From Deltaproteobacteria bacterium (lineage in GTDB: Bacteria; Desulfobacterota; Dissulfuribacteria; Dissulfuribacterales; JALVPX01), in contig JALVVK010000126.1 of assembly GCA_027023445.1 (NCBI GenBank), positions 4,740-68,739 on the forward strand: DNA of 64,000 bases, in the 5' to 3' direction. The notes beneath the pieces are model-generated. The model saw only the letters and a list, made by a program, of their open reading frames with translations. It ran no database searches and was not told where the DNA came from. Below are positions 1 to 8,998 of the stretch, in pieces. The position numbers and the translations under genes were made by a program. The stretch's first letter is position 1. Every line of letters starts with the position of its first letter.

Positions 1-619
1 CGTCTTGTCTGTTTCGGCTGATTTATGATGAAAAGATGCGGGAACAGAGATAACGAAGAAAAAAAAGAATCCTATTGATGCTGCCAGATAACCGTGGAAC
101 AAAGCCATAGAAGACCACCTCCCCCCATCCTCCAGGCTGAGTCTGAGGAATCCTCCTTAAGGTTAATAGCACATCGAAGAAACATGTATCAGCAACGGAT
201 TCCATACATATTCAGGTATTCCGTCACTATCAATTTATTATGATCTTAAATGTATCAGGCGGCCGAGTAAAGGCTATTCCGCGGATAAAATACGGAATGT
301 CCAAACTGACACCGAAAGAGACAGGAAACAAGTTTGCGCCATTTTTCAACTTGAAACAACATTTATGGTTAAGGATGCACTTAACTATCGCTATTTACTG
401 AGTAATAAGTCAAATAAACGATTTGTTCCATATTGAAACTTGAATTGGACACAAACAAACCGGGGCAATTCTTGCCATTACGACATAACTAACTATTTTT
501 ATTAATTTTTATCAATAACTCATACCCATAAACATCCTATGCCCCCATCCAGACACCCCTACATGGATCATTCTAAAAATAGCCTTTTATTTTAATAAGT
601 TATTTTTATAAAATACTCA

Positions 620-635
620 TGGCATCTTCATTGCT
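620..635 (+). promoter_or_regulatory. Candidate sigma-54 (-24/-12) promoter TGGCAT-N5-TTGCT
   Basis: The sequence tGGcatcttcattGCt at 620-635 has GG and GC spaced exactly as in the consensus TGGCAC-N5-TTGCW. It lies in a 1-kb non-coding stretch upstream of a co-directional gene cluster, and a sigma-54 activator gene lies at the far end of that cluster. Confidence 0.5.
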
Positions 636-1010
636 GTACCTTCGCGTGCAACGACCTGAGACCTTTGAATATTACAATCAGTACAAAGCCCAAATTGCTC
701 TTTCCAGAAAAAGGAAGGACATTGGTCTCAGGACCGGTTGCCTTTATTCAAAATTTTTTTAAGGGGGTAGAAGGATGAAATGACCAAAGAGACTTTCCTA
801 AACAAGACTGTGGAGCAACGATGGAAACCGGGAATCATTTATCAATGCGTGACACGGAACATGTCTCCGCGTCACTCACCACCCAGACAGTGGTCCTTTA
901 CGCTCAAGCACTGCCTGGCGGGACGCCTGATAACTTATGGTTTCCGGGCAGGATCAATGTAGCCAGGACACGAAAAGGTTTCAAAAAACATTCTTGGAGG
1001 TTGAAAAGTT

Positions 1011-1943
1011 ATGTGGCACATGTACCTTCCGATAGCAGGAAACAGCGTAAACATCCTGACCGTTTTGGGTCTAGGGGGATTTGTTGGCCTTTTGTCCGGA
1101 ATCTTCGGTGTCGGTGGCGGTTTTCTGATGACGCCGCTTCTTATCATGTTCGGAATTCCACCTACGGTGGCAGCGGCATCTGATTCAAATCAGATAGTGG
1201 GAGCATCCACCTCAGGAACCCTGGCACACTGGAGGCTTGGAAACGTAGATGTCAAGATGGGAATACTGCTTCTCATAGGCGGTGTTTTCGGTGGAACAGT
1301 AGGTGTCCAGATCATCAAAATTTTAAGGGCGCTGGGCAATGCCGATTTTTTGATCAATATTACCTACGTGCTCATGCTCGGCGGCGTGGGCGCATATATG
1401 TTCATGGAAAGCCTCCAGGGCCTTAAAAAGGAAAAGGCCGGAGCAGTTTCCTCACAGGAGGCTCCAAAAAGCGAATCCACATATGCCCGCATGCTGAAGG
1501 CCCTGCCCTTTCAGTCCAGGTTTGATAAGTCAGGGGTGGAAATCTCACTTATTCTTCCATTCTTTTTCGGCACCCTGGTTGGAGTACTCGCAGCCATCAT
1601 GGGCGTTGGCGGAGGTTTCATCATGGTTCCGGTCATGGTTTATCTTCTTCGCATGCCCATGCATGTGGTCGTCGGCACCAGTCTGTTCCAGATTCTTTTT
1701 ACATGCATGAATGTTACTATCATGCAGTCAGTGAGCAATCATACTGTTGATTTTGTATTAGCGGTTTTACTTCTTCTCGGTTCCACCATCGGCGCCCAGG
1801 TCGGTACAAAAATCAGCAAACGTCTTAAAGGCGATCAGCTGAAAATACTCCTTGCCTGCCTGGTATTACTTATGTGCTTCAAGATGTTAGCAGGCCTTTT
1901 GCTGACTCCCCACATCATGTTAGCCTACAAAGGAGGTCATTAA
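1011..1943 (+). CDS. TauE/SafE (DUF81) family anion-exporter-like membrane permease
   Basis: The ORF is 310 aa, with GGAGG about 10 nt upstream of the ATG. It is polytopic and hydrophobic. An internal duplication carries GVGGGFLMTPLL and GVGGGFIMVPVM motifs typical of TauE/SafE permeases. Confidence 0.85.
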   Translation: MWHMYLPIAGNSVNILTVLGLGGFVGLLSGIFGVGGGFLMTPLLIMFGIPPTVAAASDSNQIVGASTSGTLAHWRLGNVDVKMGILLLIGGVFGGTVGVQIIKILRALGNADFLINITYVLMLGGVGAYMFMESLQGLKKEKAGAVSSQEAPKSESTYARMLKALPFQSRFDKSGVEISLILPFFFGTLVGVLAAIMGVGGGFIMVPVMVYLLRMPMHVVVGTSLFQILFTCMNVTIMQSVSNHTVDFVLAVLLLLGSTIGAQVGTKISKRLKGDQLKILLACLVLLMCFKMLAGLLLTPHIMLAYKGGH

Positions 1944-1944
1944 T

Positions 1945-2697
1945 ATGATTAAAAAATCCTGGTGTTATTTAACTTTGATGCTTATATTTCTGATATACAT
2001 ACCGGCCACGGCTTTCGGCGTCTCCCTGAATCTAAAGCCGCAGGAGGTCCAAATAGGAACCTTCTATGACGGCACAACCGTGGAGGCAACCGGCACAGTC
2101 CCCGCAGACTGCCAGGCAGTGGTTCTTGTCAGAGGGGCAGGAGAAGATGTACATCTGAAAAAAAAGGGGAAAATTGGCGGCCTGCTCTGGATGAACATAG
2201 GCGATGTTACTTTTGAGCATACACCGCGCGTGTATATGATCTATGCGGACGCCGACCTCCCCCCAAGCCTTGATTCTGAGATTGGATTCTCAGCGCTGAA
2301 AAATGTAATAAAAATAAGCCCTGCCGGGGAAAACAAGGATTTTCTGTTCAAGGAATTCGTCAAATTGAAAAAACACTCAGCCCTGTACACGTTTCACGCA
2401 AATGCTATATCATATGGCCCAGCAGAGGGCGGTTCCCGTTCTTTCAAGGTGAGTCTTATCATACCGCCACACATGCATCAGGGAAGCTATACGGTTCAGG
2501 CATTCGCGGTCAGGGATGGTCATGTTGTAGGGAAAGCGGCAAAACCAATGCAACTCAAGCTGACAGGTCTTCCCGCAAAACTCTCCAAACTGGCATTCGG
2601 CCATCCCCTGCTTTATGGTATAATTGCGGCAGGTGTCGCCTTGGCGGCCGGCCTGCTCATAGGAGTGCTGTTCGGGAGCAAGGGCGGAGCCCATTAA
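1945..2697 (+). CDS. Membrane-anchored protein, TIGR02186/Alph_Pro_TM-like partner of TauE-type permeases
   Basis: The ORF is 250 aa and starts 1 nt after the previous stop. It has an N-terminal signal/TM segment and a C-terminal TM (LLYGIIAAGVALAAGLLIGVLF). The family call is from memory of the usual TauE neighbourhood and was not searched. Confidence 0.65.
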   Translation: MIKKSWCYLTLMLIFLIYIPATAFGVSLNLKPQEVQIGTFYDGTTVEATGTVPADCQAVVLVRGAGEDVHLKKKGKIGGLLWMNIGDVTFEHTPRVYMIYADADLPPSLDSEIGFSALKNVIKISPAGENKDFLFKEFVKLKKHSALYTFHANAISYGPAEGGSRSFKVSLIIPPHMHQGSYTVQAFAVRDGHVVGKAAKPMQLKLTGLPAKLSKLAFGHPLLYGIIAAGVALAAGLLIGVLFGSKGGAH

Positions 2698-2776
2698 ATC
2701 CCGAACAGGACATCTCTTTATAAATAAATGGCTTACACCGGACATTTCCGCAGGCATTCACAAATGATCTGCGGAA

Positions 2777-5389
2777 ATGTCCGGGCGAATTCATACAAAA
2801 TGCAGGAGCATCATGAATCTTCTCCGTCGCATAAGACATAAATTCAGCCGCCGGCATGTTGAAGAATATTCCTTTGTCGGAATCTTTAAAAGGTTCCAGG
2901 AAATCGTCGAAATGAACAACCGGTTGCTGGGCCTGATCGCAAGGGCCAATGATAAACTCGGCGGAGACTATATCTTTGACAAACAATATATACGGTCCCT
3001 GTGCGCTGAAATCTCTGACCTCGTACAGAAACTCATATTCAACCTGGACAGCATCGCACCCAAAAAATACAGGGCATTGTACGATGTCTTCAACCGGATT
3101 CAGGAGGACATCGATGAACTTCTGGCAGGCAGGATAGTGCCCCGTGATATCGAACTCATATTGCCCTATGAAAAGATCTCACGGGATATAGTTGAAGCCG
3201 TTGGATCAAAAAACGCTAATCTTGCTGAGATAAAATCTGTTCTGGGATTTCTGATTCCAAGGGGTTTTGCCATAACAACCGCCTCTTTTGAGGCGTTCCT
3301 GAAATACAACCAGCTTGATACCGCCATCAATGAGCTGATCAGCAAGTGGCGGGACGACAAGTTGTCCACCGGAGAAACAGCCAGGGAAATCCAGCAGATG
3401 ATCGGTGCGGGCATAATTCCGTCCGATCTTGAGAAGGCGATCCGGAACGTCCTGGACAGGCTGCCTGACATAGAATGTTTCGCAGTCCGGAGCAGCGCCC
3501 TTGGTGAAGATGGACACCGCAGTTTCGCAGGACAATACAAAAGCATTCTCAATGTTCCCGCGGACAAGATCCCGGAGGCATACAAAAGGGTTTTGGCCAG
3601 CACATACAGTGAAAAGGCCATGGAATACCGAAAAAGTATAGGATTTACCGAGTGGGAAGTGGCCATGGCAGTGGGATGCCAGGAAATGGTAGACGTAAAG
3701 GCCAGCGGGGTGCTTTATACAATGGATCCCAATGCTCCGGGACAAGATATCATGCTGATATCCGCCACCTGGGGGCTTGGCGTCCCAGTGGTGTCTGGTG
3801 AGGCGCCCACAGACCATTTTGTTGTCAGCCGAAAACCTCCCTATAAAATCAAGGAAGTGGATCTGGTTCACAAGGAGACAGAGGTGCTCGCGGAAAAAAA
3901 TGGGGGGACATCCTTGCGTTCATTGTCCAGGGAGAAGAGTGACCAGGTATGCCTGAGTAATAAAAATATAAAACAGATCGCCGAAGCGGGTATTGTTATC
4001 GAAAAATTCTTTAAACGCCCCCAGGATATAGAATTCGGTATAAACAAACAGGGACAGCTCGTTATTCTCCAGGCGCGTCCTCTTGCCATAAAATCCATTG
4101 AGTCTCCCGATGCTTCTGATCTGGCCATGATTTCTACAAAATATCCCGTGATTTTTCGTGACAAGGGGGCAATAGCGCAGAAGGGCGTGGCCTTGGGGAC
4201 CGTGTTTATAGTGAAAGATGAGACGGACCTGCAACATTTCCCTTCCGGGGCCATTCTTGTCTCCAGGTTCGCCTCCCCTATTCTGGCCAAGGTATTGGTA
4301 AGGGCGTCAGGCCTCATCACCGAAGTGGGATCGCCTACAGGACACCTCGCTACCATCGCCAGGGAATACCGGGTCCCAGCGATCATGGGGGCAGAGGGTG
4401 CCACGAAAATCCTTAAAGATGGCCAGGAAATCACCCTGGACGCAGAAGAAAACATTGTTTACCAGGGAATCGTAAAGGAACTGCAGCAGTACAGCCTGAA
4501 ACAGGAAGCCATAGAGGAAACCTATGAATACAGGCTGCTCAGACGCGTGCTCAGAAAAATTGAGCCCCTGAATCTTGTAGATCCCATGGATAAACACTTT
4601 ACCCCTGAGGCATGCAAAACAATGCACGATATCATACGTTTTGTGCATGAGAAGGCAGTAAACGAACTCATAGAATTCAAATACTACAAGCACAGGGATC
4701 AGGGAACCGCCTCCGGCAAGCTGAAATGGAACATACCACTTGACATGGTCATAATCGATATTGGAGGTGGGCTGTCAACGCCCCCTCATAACAAGGTTAT
4801 CCTTCCCGAACAGATAGTTTCAATCCCCATGCAAAGCGTGCTGGAAGGCCTGGCCCGACCCGGGGCCTGGAACAATGATCCCATGTCGGTTGATCTGGGC
4901 AGCTTCATGTCAAGCATGACCCGGACATTTTCAACGCAACTTGCCAGTCCGAGATACGTGGGCCAGAACCTGGCGGTCATTTCCAGGAACTACTCTAACA
5001 TAAGCCTCAGGCTCGGATATCATTTTACCATGGTTGACGCCTACATCTCTGAAAACATAAATGACAATTACGCGTATTTCCGGTTTTTCGGGGGGGTTAC
5101 GGACGAGATGCGGCGTTCAAGAAGGGCAAAACTCCTTGGCAAGGCGCTGGCGCATTTTGACTTTCGCACTGAAATTCATGGAGACCTGGTTGTTGCACGC
5201 ATTAAGAAATTCCCGGAACCCATGATGAGGAAACGGCTTTACATTATTGGCGTTCTTATAGGCTTTTCAAGGCAGCTCGATGTGCGGATGGCAAGCGACC
5301 ACAGCATATCAGAATACCTTGAAAAATTTAAATTGGTTATGGAGGATGATAATGAGAGGGAAAGAGAAAACCAGCATATTGTTACTTGA
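2777..5389 (+). CDS. PEP/pyruvate-binding (PPDK_N ATP-grasp) plus swivel-His domain protein with an unassigned C-terminal domain
   Basis: The ORF is 870 aa. It has an N-terminal dikinase nucleotide-binding signature (GSKNANLAEIK...IPRGFAITTASFEAFL). It has the phospho-His swivel motif GSPTGHLATIAREYRVPAIMG. The last roughly 290 aa do not resemble the PEP-utilising TIM barrel that I know. An alternative start is the ATG at 2813. Confidence 0.85.
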   Translation: MSGRIHTKCRSIMNLLRRIRHKFSRRHVEEYSFVGIFKRFQEIVEMNNRLLGLIARANDKLGGDYIFDKQYIRSLCAEISDLVQKLIFNLDSIAPKKYRALYDVFNRIQEDIDELLAGRIVPRDIELILPYEKISRDIVEAVGSKNANLAEIKSVLGFLIPRGFAITTASFEAFLKYNQLDTAINELISKWRDDKLSTGETAREIQQMIGAGIIPSDLEKAIRNVLDRLPDIECFAVRSSALGEDGHRSFAGQYKSILNVPADKIPEAYKRVLASTYSEKAMEYRKSIGFTEWEVAMAVGCQEMVDVKASGVLYTMDPNAPGQDIMLISATWGLGVPVVSGEAPTDHFVVSRKPPYKIKEVDLVHKETEVLAEKNGGTSLRSLSREKSDQVCLSNKNIKQIAEAGIVIEKFFKRPQDIEFGINKQGQLVILQARPLAIKSIESPDASDLAMISTKYPVIFRDKGAIAQKGVALGTVFIVKDETDLQHFPSGAILVSRFASPILAKVLVRASGLITEVGSPTGHLATIAREYRVPAIMGAEGATKILKDGQEITLDAEENIVYQGIVKELQQYSLKQEAIEETYEYRLLRRVLRKIEPLNLVDPMDKHFTPEACKTMHDIIRFVHEKAVNELIEFKYYKHRDQGTASGKLKWNIPLDMVIIDIGGGLSTPPHNKVILPEQIVSIPMQSVLEGLARPGAWNNDPMSVDLGSFMSSMTRTFSTQLASPRYVGQNLAVISRNYSNISLRLGYHFTMVDAYISENINDNYAYFRFFGGVTDEMRRSRRAKLLGKALAHFDFRTEIHGDLVVARIKKFPEPMMRKRLYIIGVLIGFSRQLDVRMASDHSISEYLEKFKLVMEDDNERERENQHIVT

Positions 5390-5747
5390 TGATGAACCAA
5401 TCGTAAGCAAACGCTTAAAACCATCACTTGAAAAGAGGGGATATGAGGTTGAGGCATTCACAGATGGTTTTTCCGCTCTGCAAAGGATCAAGGAACGCAA
5501 ATTCGACATTGTAGTCACGGATCTGAAGATGGAAGGCATTGATGGTATGCACTTCCTCACTGAGGTAAAGAAAAAATTTCCGGAAACAGAAGTCATCGTC
5601 ATTACGGGCTTTGCAACCATGCAAACGGCAAAGGAGTCCTTCCAGAAAGGTGTGTTCGACTTTCTGGCAAAGCCCTTCAAAATCAAGGAGATCACAGAGG
5701 TTATCAAGCGGGCGGAAAACCGGCAGAGGGAGAGAGCTTCCAAATAA
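5352..5747 (+). CDS. Stand-alone response-regulator receiver (CheY-like)
   Basis: The ATG at 5352 has GGAGG 6 nt upstream. The sequence shows LLLDDEP...VVTDLKMEGIDG...ITGFAT...KPF receiver motifs. The gene overlaps the upstream gene by 38 nt. Confidence 0.85.
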   Translation: MRGKEKTSILLLDDEPIVSKRLKPSLEKRGYEVEAFTDGFSALQRIKERKFDIVVTDLKMEGIDGMHFLTEVKKKFPETEVIVITGFATMQTAKESFQKGVFDFLAKPFKIKEITEVIKRAENRQRERASK

Positions 5748-5767
5748 GCAGCTATAAAAGGTGAAAT

Positions 5768-6562
5768 ATGAAAACAGCGTTGATTTACATAGAAGAAAAC
5801 CTGGCATCAAGTATGGCCTTGAGATACACAAGCAGGCTGGCAAACCTGATCGACTTGGCGCTTCAGGTAATTCACGTGGAAGAGCCCGAAAATAAAAACC
5901 ATTTTGGCACGGGCTGGACCAGGCGTACCTGGGAACATGGCATTGAAGAAGCTGGCCTTCAGGAAGTGGACCGGCTTCTGAAAACCGAAAGGATTGACTG
6001 CCGGTTCCTTGGGAGCCCTGTTGTGCGCGTGGGAGACAGGGACTCGGAATTGCTTTCCGAGATGAGCCATCACCCCTACAATCTCTACATCGAAGGCAGG
6101 CTGAATACGGCAAGCGTTCGCGATTTTTACTCACTTCTCGGCAGCCGCCTGTATCGCAAAATGACCTGTCCCTCCCTTATAGTCAAAAATCTGGTTCCTA
6201 TTGACAGGGTATTATTGCTTGCCGCCGAGGGAGTGGATCCTGATCAGCTTACCTCTTGTTTTTCCAGGCTGTTTGACCCGGAATCCATACCGGTTGATCT
6301 GCTTTATTTTCATTTCCAGGAAAACGATTCACCTGTCTGGGAACAGGAACATGAGATGGCAGACTACCTGAATGAGATCATAACGCCACTGGCGGACAAG
6401 GGATGGAACATCGAAAAAAAACAGGTGGTGCGAGGTACCCCGGAGAAGGTAGCGGATCTCCTGAGGGATTATGGCCTGGTAGTCAGTACATTTCCCACCC
6501 GGAAATGCCCCCATTACGAATTGCTGGCCATGCTCCCGAATCCCATATTAATATGTAAATAA
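5768..6562 (+). CDS. Tandem universal-stress-protein-like (USP) domain protein
   Basis: The ORF is 264 aa and starts 20 nt after the receiver gene. It has two halves with a USP-like layout (ALIYIEEN...VIHVEEP; CPSLIVK; VLLLAAEG...PILIC). The match is weaker than for the next gene. Confidence 0.55.
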   Translation: MKTALIYIEENLASSMALRYTSRLANLIDLALQVIHVEEPENKNHFGTGWTRRTWEHGIEEAGLQEVDRLLKTERIDCRFLGSPVVRVGDRDSELLSEMSHHPYNLYIEGRLNTASVRDFYSLLGSRLYRKMTCPSLIVKNLVPIDRVLLLAAEGVDPDQLTSCFSRLFDPESIPVDLLYFHFQENDSPVWEQEHEMADYLNEIITPLADKGWNIEKKQVVRGTPEKVADLLRDYGLVVSTFPTRKCPHYELLAMLPNPILICK

Positions 6563-6647
6563 TCACAACTGGACTTGAGAAATATTTTTATAAAATCATG
6601 TCATGTCCCCTGGCCGGAAAGACCGGACGGGGGAAAGGAGAATCGCC

Positions 6648-7514
6648 ATGAAGATGCTGGTTCCTGTAGATACCAATCCATACAGTGCGGTAGCCGCCCG
6701 CAAGGCGGCAAAACTGGCCATTAATACCTGGGCCGATGTTACCATCTTAGGGATACAGACAGCCGGAAGCGCCGCCAACAATATGCCGGACGCCGCCCTG
6801 TCTTCAGCGATGTCAGCTTATTGCAAGGCATTTCTCAGTAATGCGGGGGAGATGGAGTCTCCTTATGGAGATGGTGAGCCCGCCCCGTGGCGCGCCACGG
6901 GAAATGGAGTCTGGGAGACCTCCATTGCTTCCGAGACGGCAAAAAAATCTTTGCGCCTTATGGTCAAAAAAGGCAGTACACTTGACATGATCCTTGAACA
7001 GGCTGCGCAGGATGGATCTGATTTTATTGTTATTGGCTCGCCCGCAAAGGTAGCCGATCCTGGCTGGACAGGAGAGCTGGATCTTACCGCCAAGGTGGCA
7101 AACAAGGCCCCATGTTCCGTTCTCGTAGTTAAGGAAGAAAAATCGGTGAATACCGTTATGGGCATCCTGGACCAGGACCATGTCAGCCAGGAATCACTGG
7201 AACTGATCAATCAGATGGTGACCGTTCATCAGGCGGAATTAAAAATCGTCGGCCTGGCAACGGCCAAGGGCTTGGATGAACGCGTTGAGATGAAGATGGG
7301 AGAGGTCCTGGATTATTATGCCTCAAAGGGGGTCAAGGCCTGGATCACCATGGTAAAAGAAAATGAGATGGAGGATTTTGCCGCCCGTGCCGCGGAGACA
7401 AGTCTTGTAGGGATCTGGCTTGGCAAAAAATCTTTCCTGGCCAAGATCTTTTCCAAAGACAGGGTGAGCCAGTTGATCAACGCAACCAATTCATCTGTGC
7501 TGGTTCTTAAATAG
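6648..7514 (+). CDS. Tandem universal stress protein family protein
   Basis: The ATG at 6648 is preceded by AAGGAG. USP hallmarks are present (KMLVPVDTNPYS..., DFIVIGSP..., APCSVLVVK, SSVLVLK) in two repeats. Confidence 0.7.
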   Translation: MKMLVPVDTNPYSAVAARKAAKLAINTWADVTILGIQTAGSAANNMPDAALSSAMSAYCKAFLSNAGEMESPYGDGEPAPWRATGNGVWETSIASETAKKSLRLMVKKGSTLDMILEQAAQDGSDFIVIGSPAKVADPGWTGELDLTAKVANKAPCSVLVVKEEKSVNTVMGILDQDHVSQESLELINQMVTVHQAELKIVGLATAKGLDERVEMKMGEVLDYYASKGVKAWITMVKENEMEDFAARAAETSLVGIWLGKKSFLAKIFSKDRVSQLINATNSSVLVLK

Positions 7515-7594
7515 ACCGTTGCTGGCGCGATTCAGGATTATCCCGGATTACACTACCCTTTTGGACCGGGGGGCTCGGTAATCCTGGCGCCCCC

Positions 7595-8998
7595 TTACAG
7601 ATCTTCACCGGACTTCGCACTTTTGTGGCTGCGTATCTTTTTATCTGTTGTGTCCTTGGTAATAAGCCCGTATTTTTTCATGCGGCGCCATAGAGTGGTT
7701 CTCGGCAGATTCAGGATCCTGCTGCTCAGATTTTTATTAAAGCCTGTATGTTCCAGCACCCTGCGAATGTGATGCTTTTCAACCTCTTCAAGGCTTAACA
7801 GCTCGTTGCCTGAAAGGCATTTCAATATTCTCTGGTGCAGGTCTTCCGGCAGATCCTTTACGTACAATTCATCGTCATCCGTCAGGGCGACCGCCCTCTG
7901 GATTATGTTCTCCAGCTCACGGACATTACCGGGAAAATTGTAGGTCATCAGGATCTGGAGTGCGGCAGGGGATATGCGCCTTACCTGTTTGGAAAACGCG
8001 ACATTATACTTCTCAATAAAATGCGAGATCAACAGGGGAATGTCTTCCGCTCTGTCAGCAAGCCTGGGCAACTGAATATTTACAACATTCAGACGGAAAA
8101 AAAGGTCCTTTCTGAAGGTACCATTTTGTATATCCGCCTCCAGATCACGATTAGTGGCCGCAATAATACGTATGTCAAGGTCCATGGGACGAGTACCGCC
8201 CACACGAAGGACCTGACGCTCCTGGAGAACATGCAACAGCTTGACCTGCATGCTCTGGGGCATTTCACCGATTTCGTCCAACAAGACAGTTCCGCCGGCA
8301 GCAGTCTCAAACAATCCTTTCTTAAAGGTGGTCGCCCCTGTAAACGCCCCTTTTTCATGGCCAAAAAGCTCGCTGCATATCAATTCGTCGGTAAAACCGC
8401 CACAGTTAAAGTAAACAAAGGGCTGATCTCTCCTGGGGCTAAGGTTATGAATCGCCCTTGCGACCAGTTGTTTACCTGTACCCGTCTCCGCCTGAATCAG
8501 CACGTTACAGTTGACCAGGGCCACCTTTTTGATAAGAGCGAAGATCTCCCTTATAGCCTCGCTTTTACCAATAAAACCTGGAATAGGACTGTCCGTACCA
8601 AGCGCCAGGCGGAGTCTTCGGTTTTCCTCATTCAATTCAATTTTTTCCCTGGCCCTCCGGGCAAGTAAACGGATATCATGCCGCCTGCATGGCTTGGTAA
8701 CATAATGAAAAGCGCCATTTTTAGTGGCCTCAACAGCGGTTTCAATGGAGCCATGGCCTGTCACCATTATAGCCTCTGTATCCTCAAATGCCTGTTTTAA
8801 GAGTTTAAGTACCTCAAGGCCATCCATGTCAGGCAATTTCAGATCTATGAACGCAATATGGAACGGAAATTCCTTCATGCGAGACAGAAAAACGCGACCA
8901 GAAGGAAAGGTTTCTACCTCGAACCCATCCTGCTCAAGAATCCTTTTTATATGACGACAGGCCGTAGCCTCATCGTCAATTACTGCTATCCGTATCAT
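7595..8998 (-). CDS. Sigma-54-dependent response regulator (NtrC/AtoC family)
   Basis: It has a receiver domain (IAVIDDE...DLKLPDMDG) and an AAA+ domain with the GETGTGK Walker A and the GAFTGA sigma-54 contact loop. It ends in a C-terminal Fis-type HTH. I set the start at the ATG at 8998 ([10 protein letters not shown]), which overlaps the kinase gene by 23 nt. Confidence 0.92.
   Translation of the reverse strand: MIRIAVIDDEATACRHIKRILEQDGFEVETFPSGRVFLSRMKEFPFHIAFIDLKLPDMDGLEVLKLLKQAFEDTEAIMVTGHGSIETAVEATKNGAFHYVTKPCRRHDIRLLARRAREKIELNEENRRLRLALGTDSPIPGFIGKSEAIREIFALIKKVALVNCNVLIQAETGTGKQLVARAIHNLSPRRDQPFVYFNCGGFTDELICSELFGHEKGAFTGATTFKKGLFETAAGGTVLLDEIGEMPQSMQVKLLHVLQERQVLRVGGTRPMDLDIRIIAATNRDLEADIQNGTFRKDLFFRLNVVNIQLPRLADRAEDIPLLISHFIEKYNVAFSKQVRRISPAALQILMTYNFPGNVRELENIIQRAVALTDDDELYVKDLPEDLHQRILKCLSGNELLSLEEVEKHHIRRVLEHTGFNKNLSSRILNLPRTTLWRRMKKYGLITKDTTDKKIRSHKSAKSGEDL

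Noticed and set aside
23-205. 60-aa minus-strand ORF at the left edge of the window.
   Set aside because: It has no recognisable motif and no RBS, and it sits in low-complexity A/T-run sequence. I cannot support it as a gene.
780-1183. ORFs at 780-962 and 821-1183 in the region upstream of the TauE-like gene.
   Set aside because: They overlap each other and the start of the real permease gene. Their composition (RKHPDRFGSRGICWPFVRNLRCRWR...) looks non-coding, and no RBS is visible. I treat the region as a leader.
7835-8668. Long ORFs antisense to well-supported genes. Examples are 7835-8668, 19574-20365, 23586-24509, 33582-34631, 41311-42066, 50359-50952, 3166-3871, 38009-38404 and 56654-57109.
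   Set aside because: Each lies fully inside, and opposite to, a gene with unmistakable family motifs. Their products are Arg-, Pro-, Ser- and Gly-rich low-complexity sequences typical of antisense shadow frames. None has a visible RBS.
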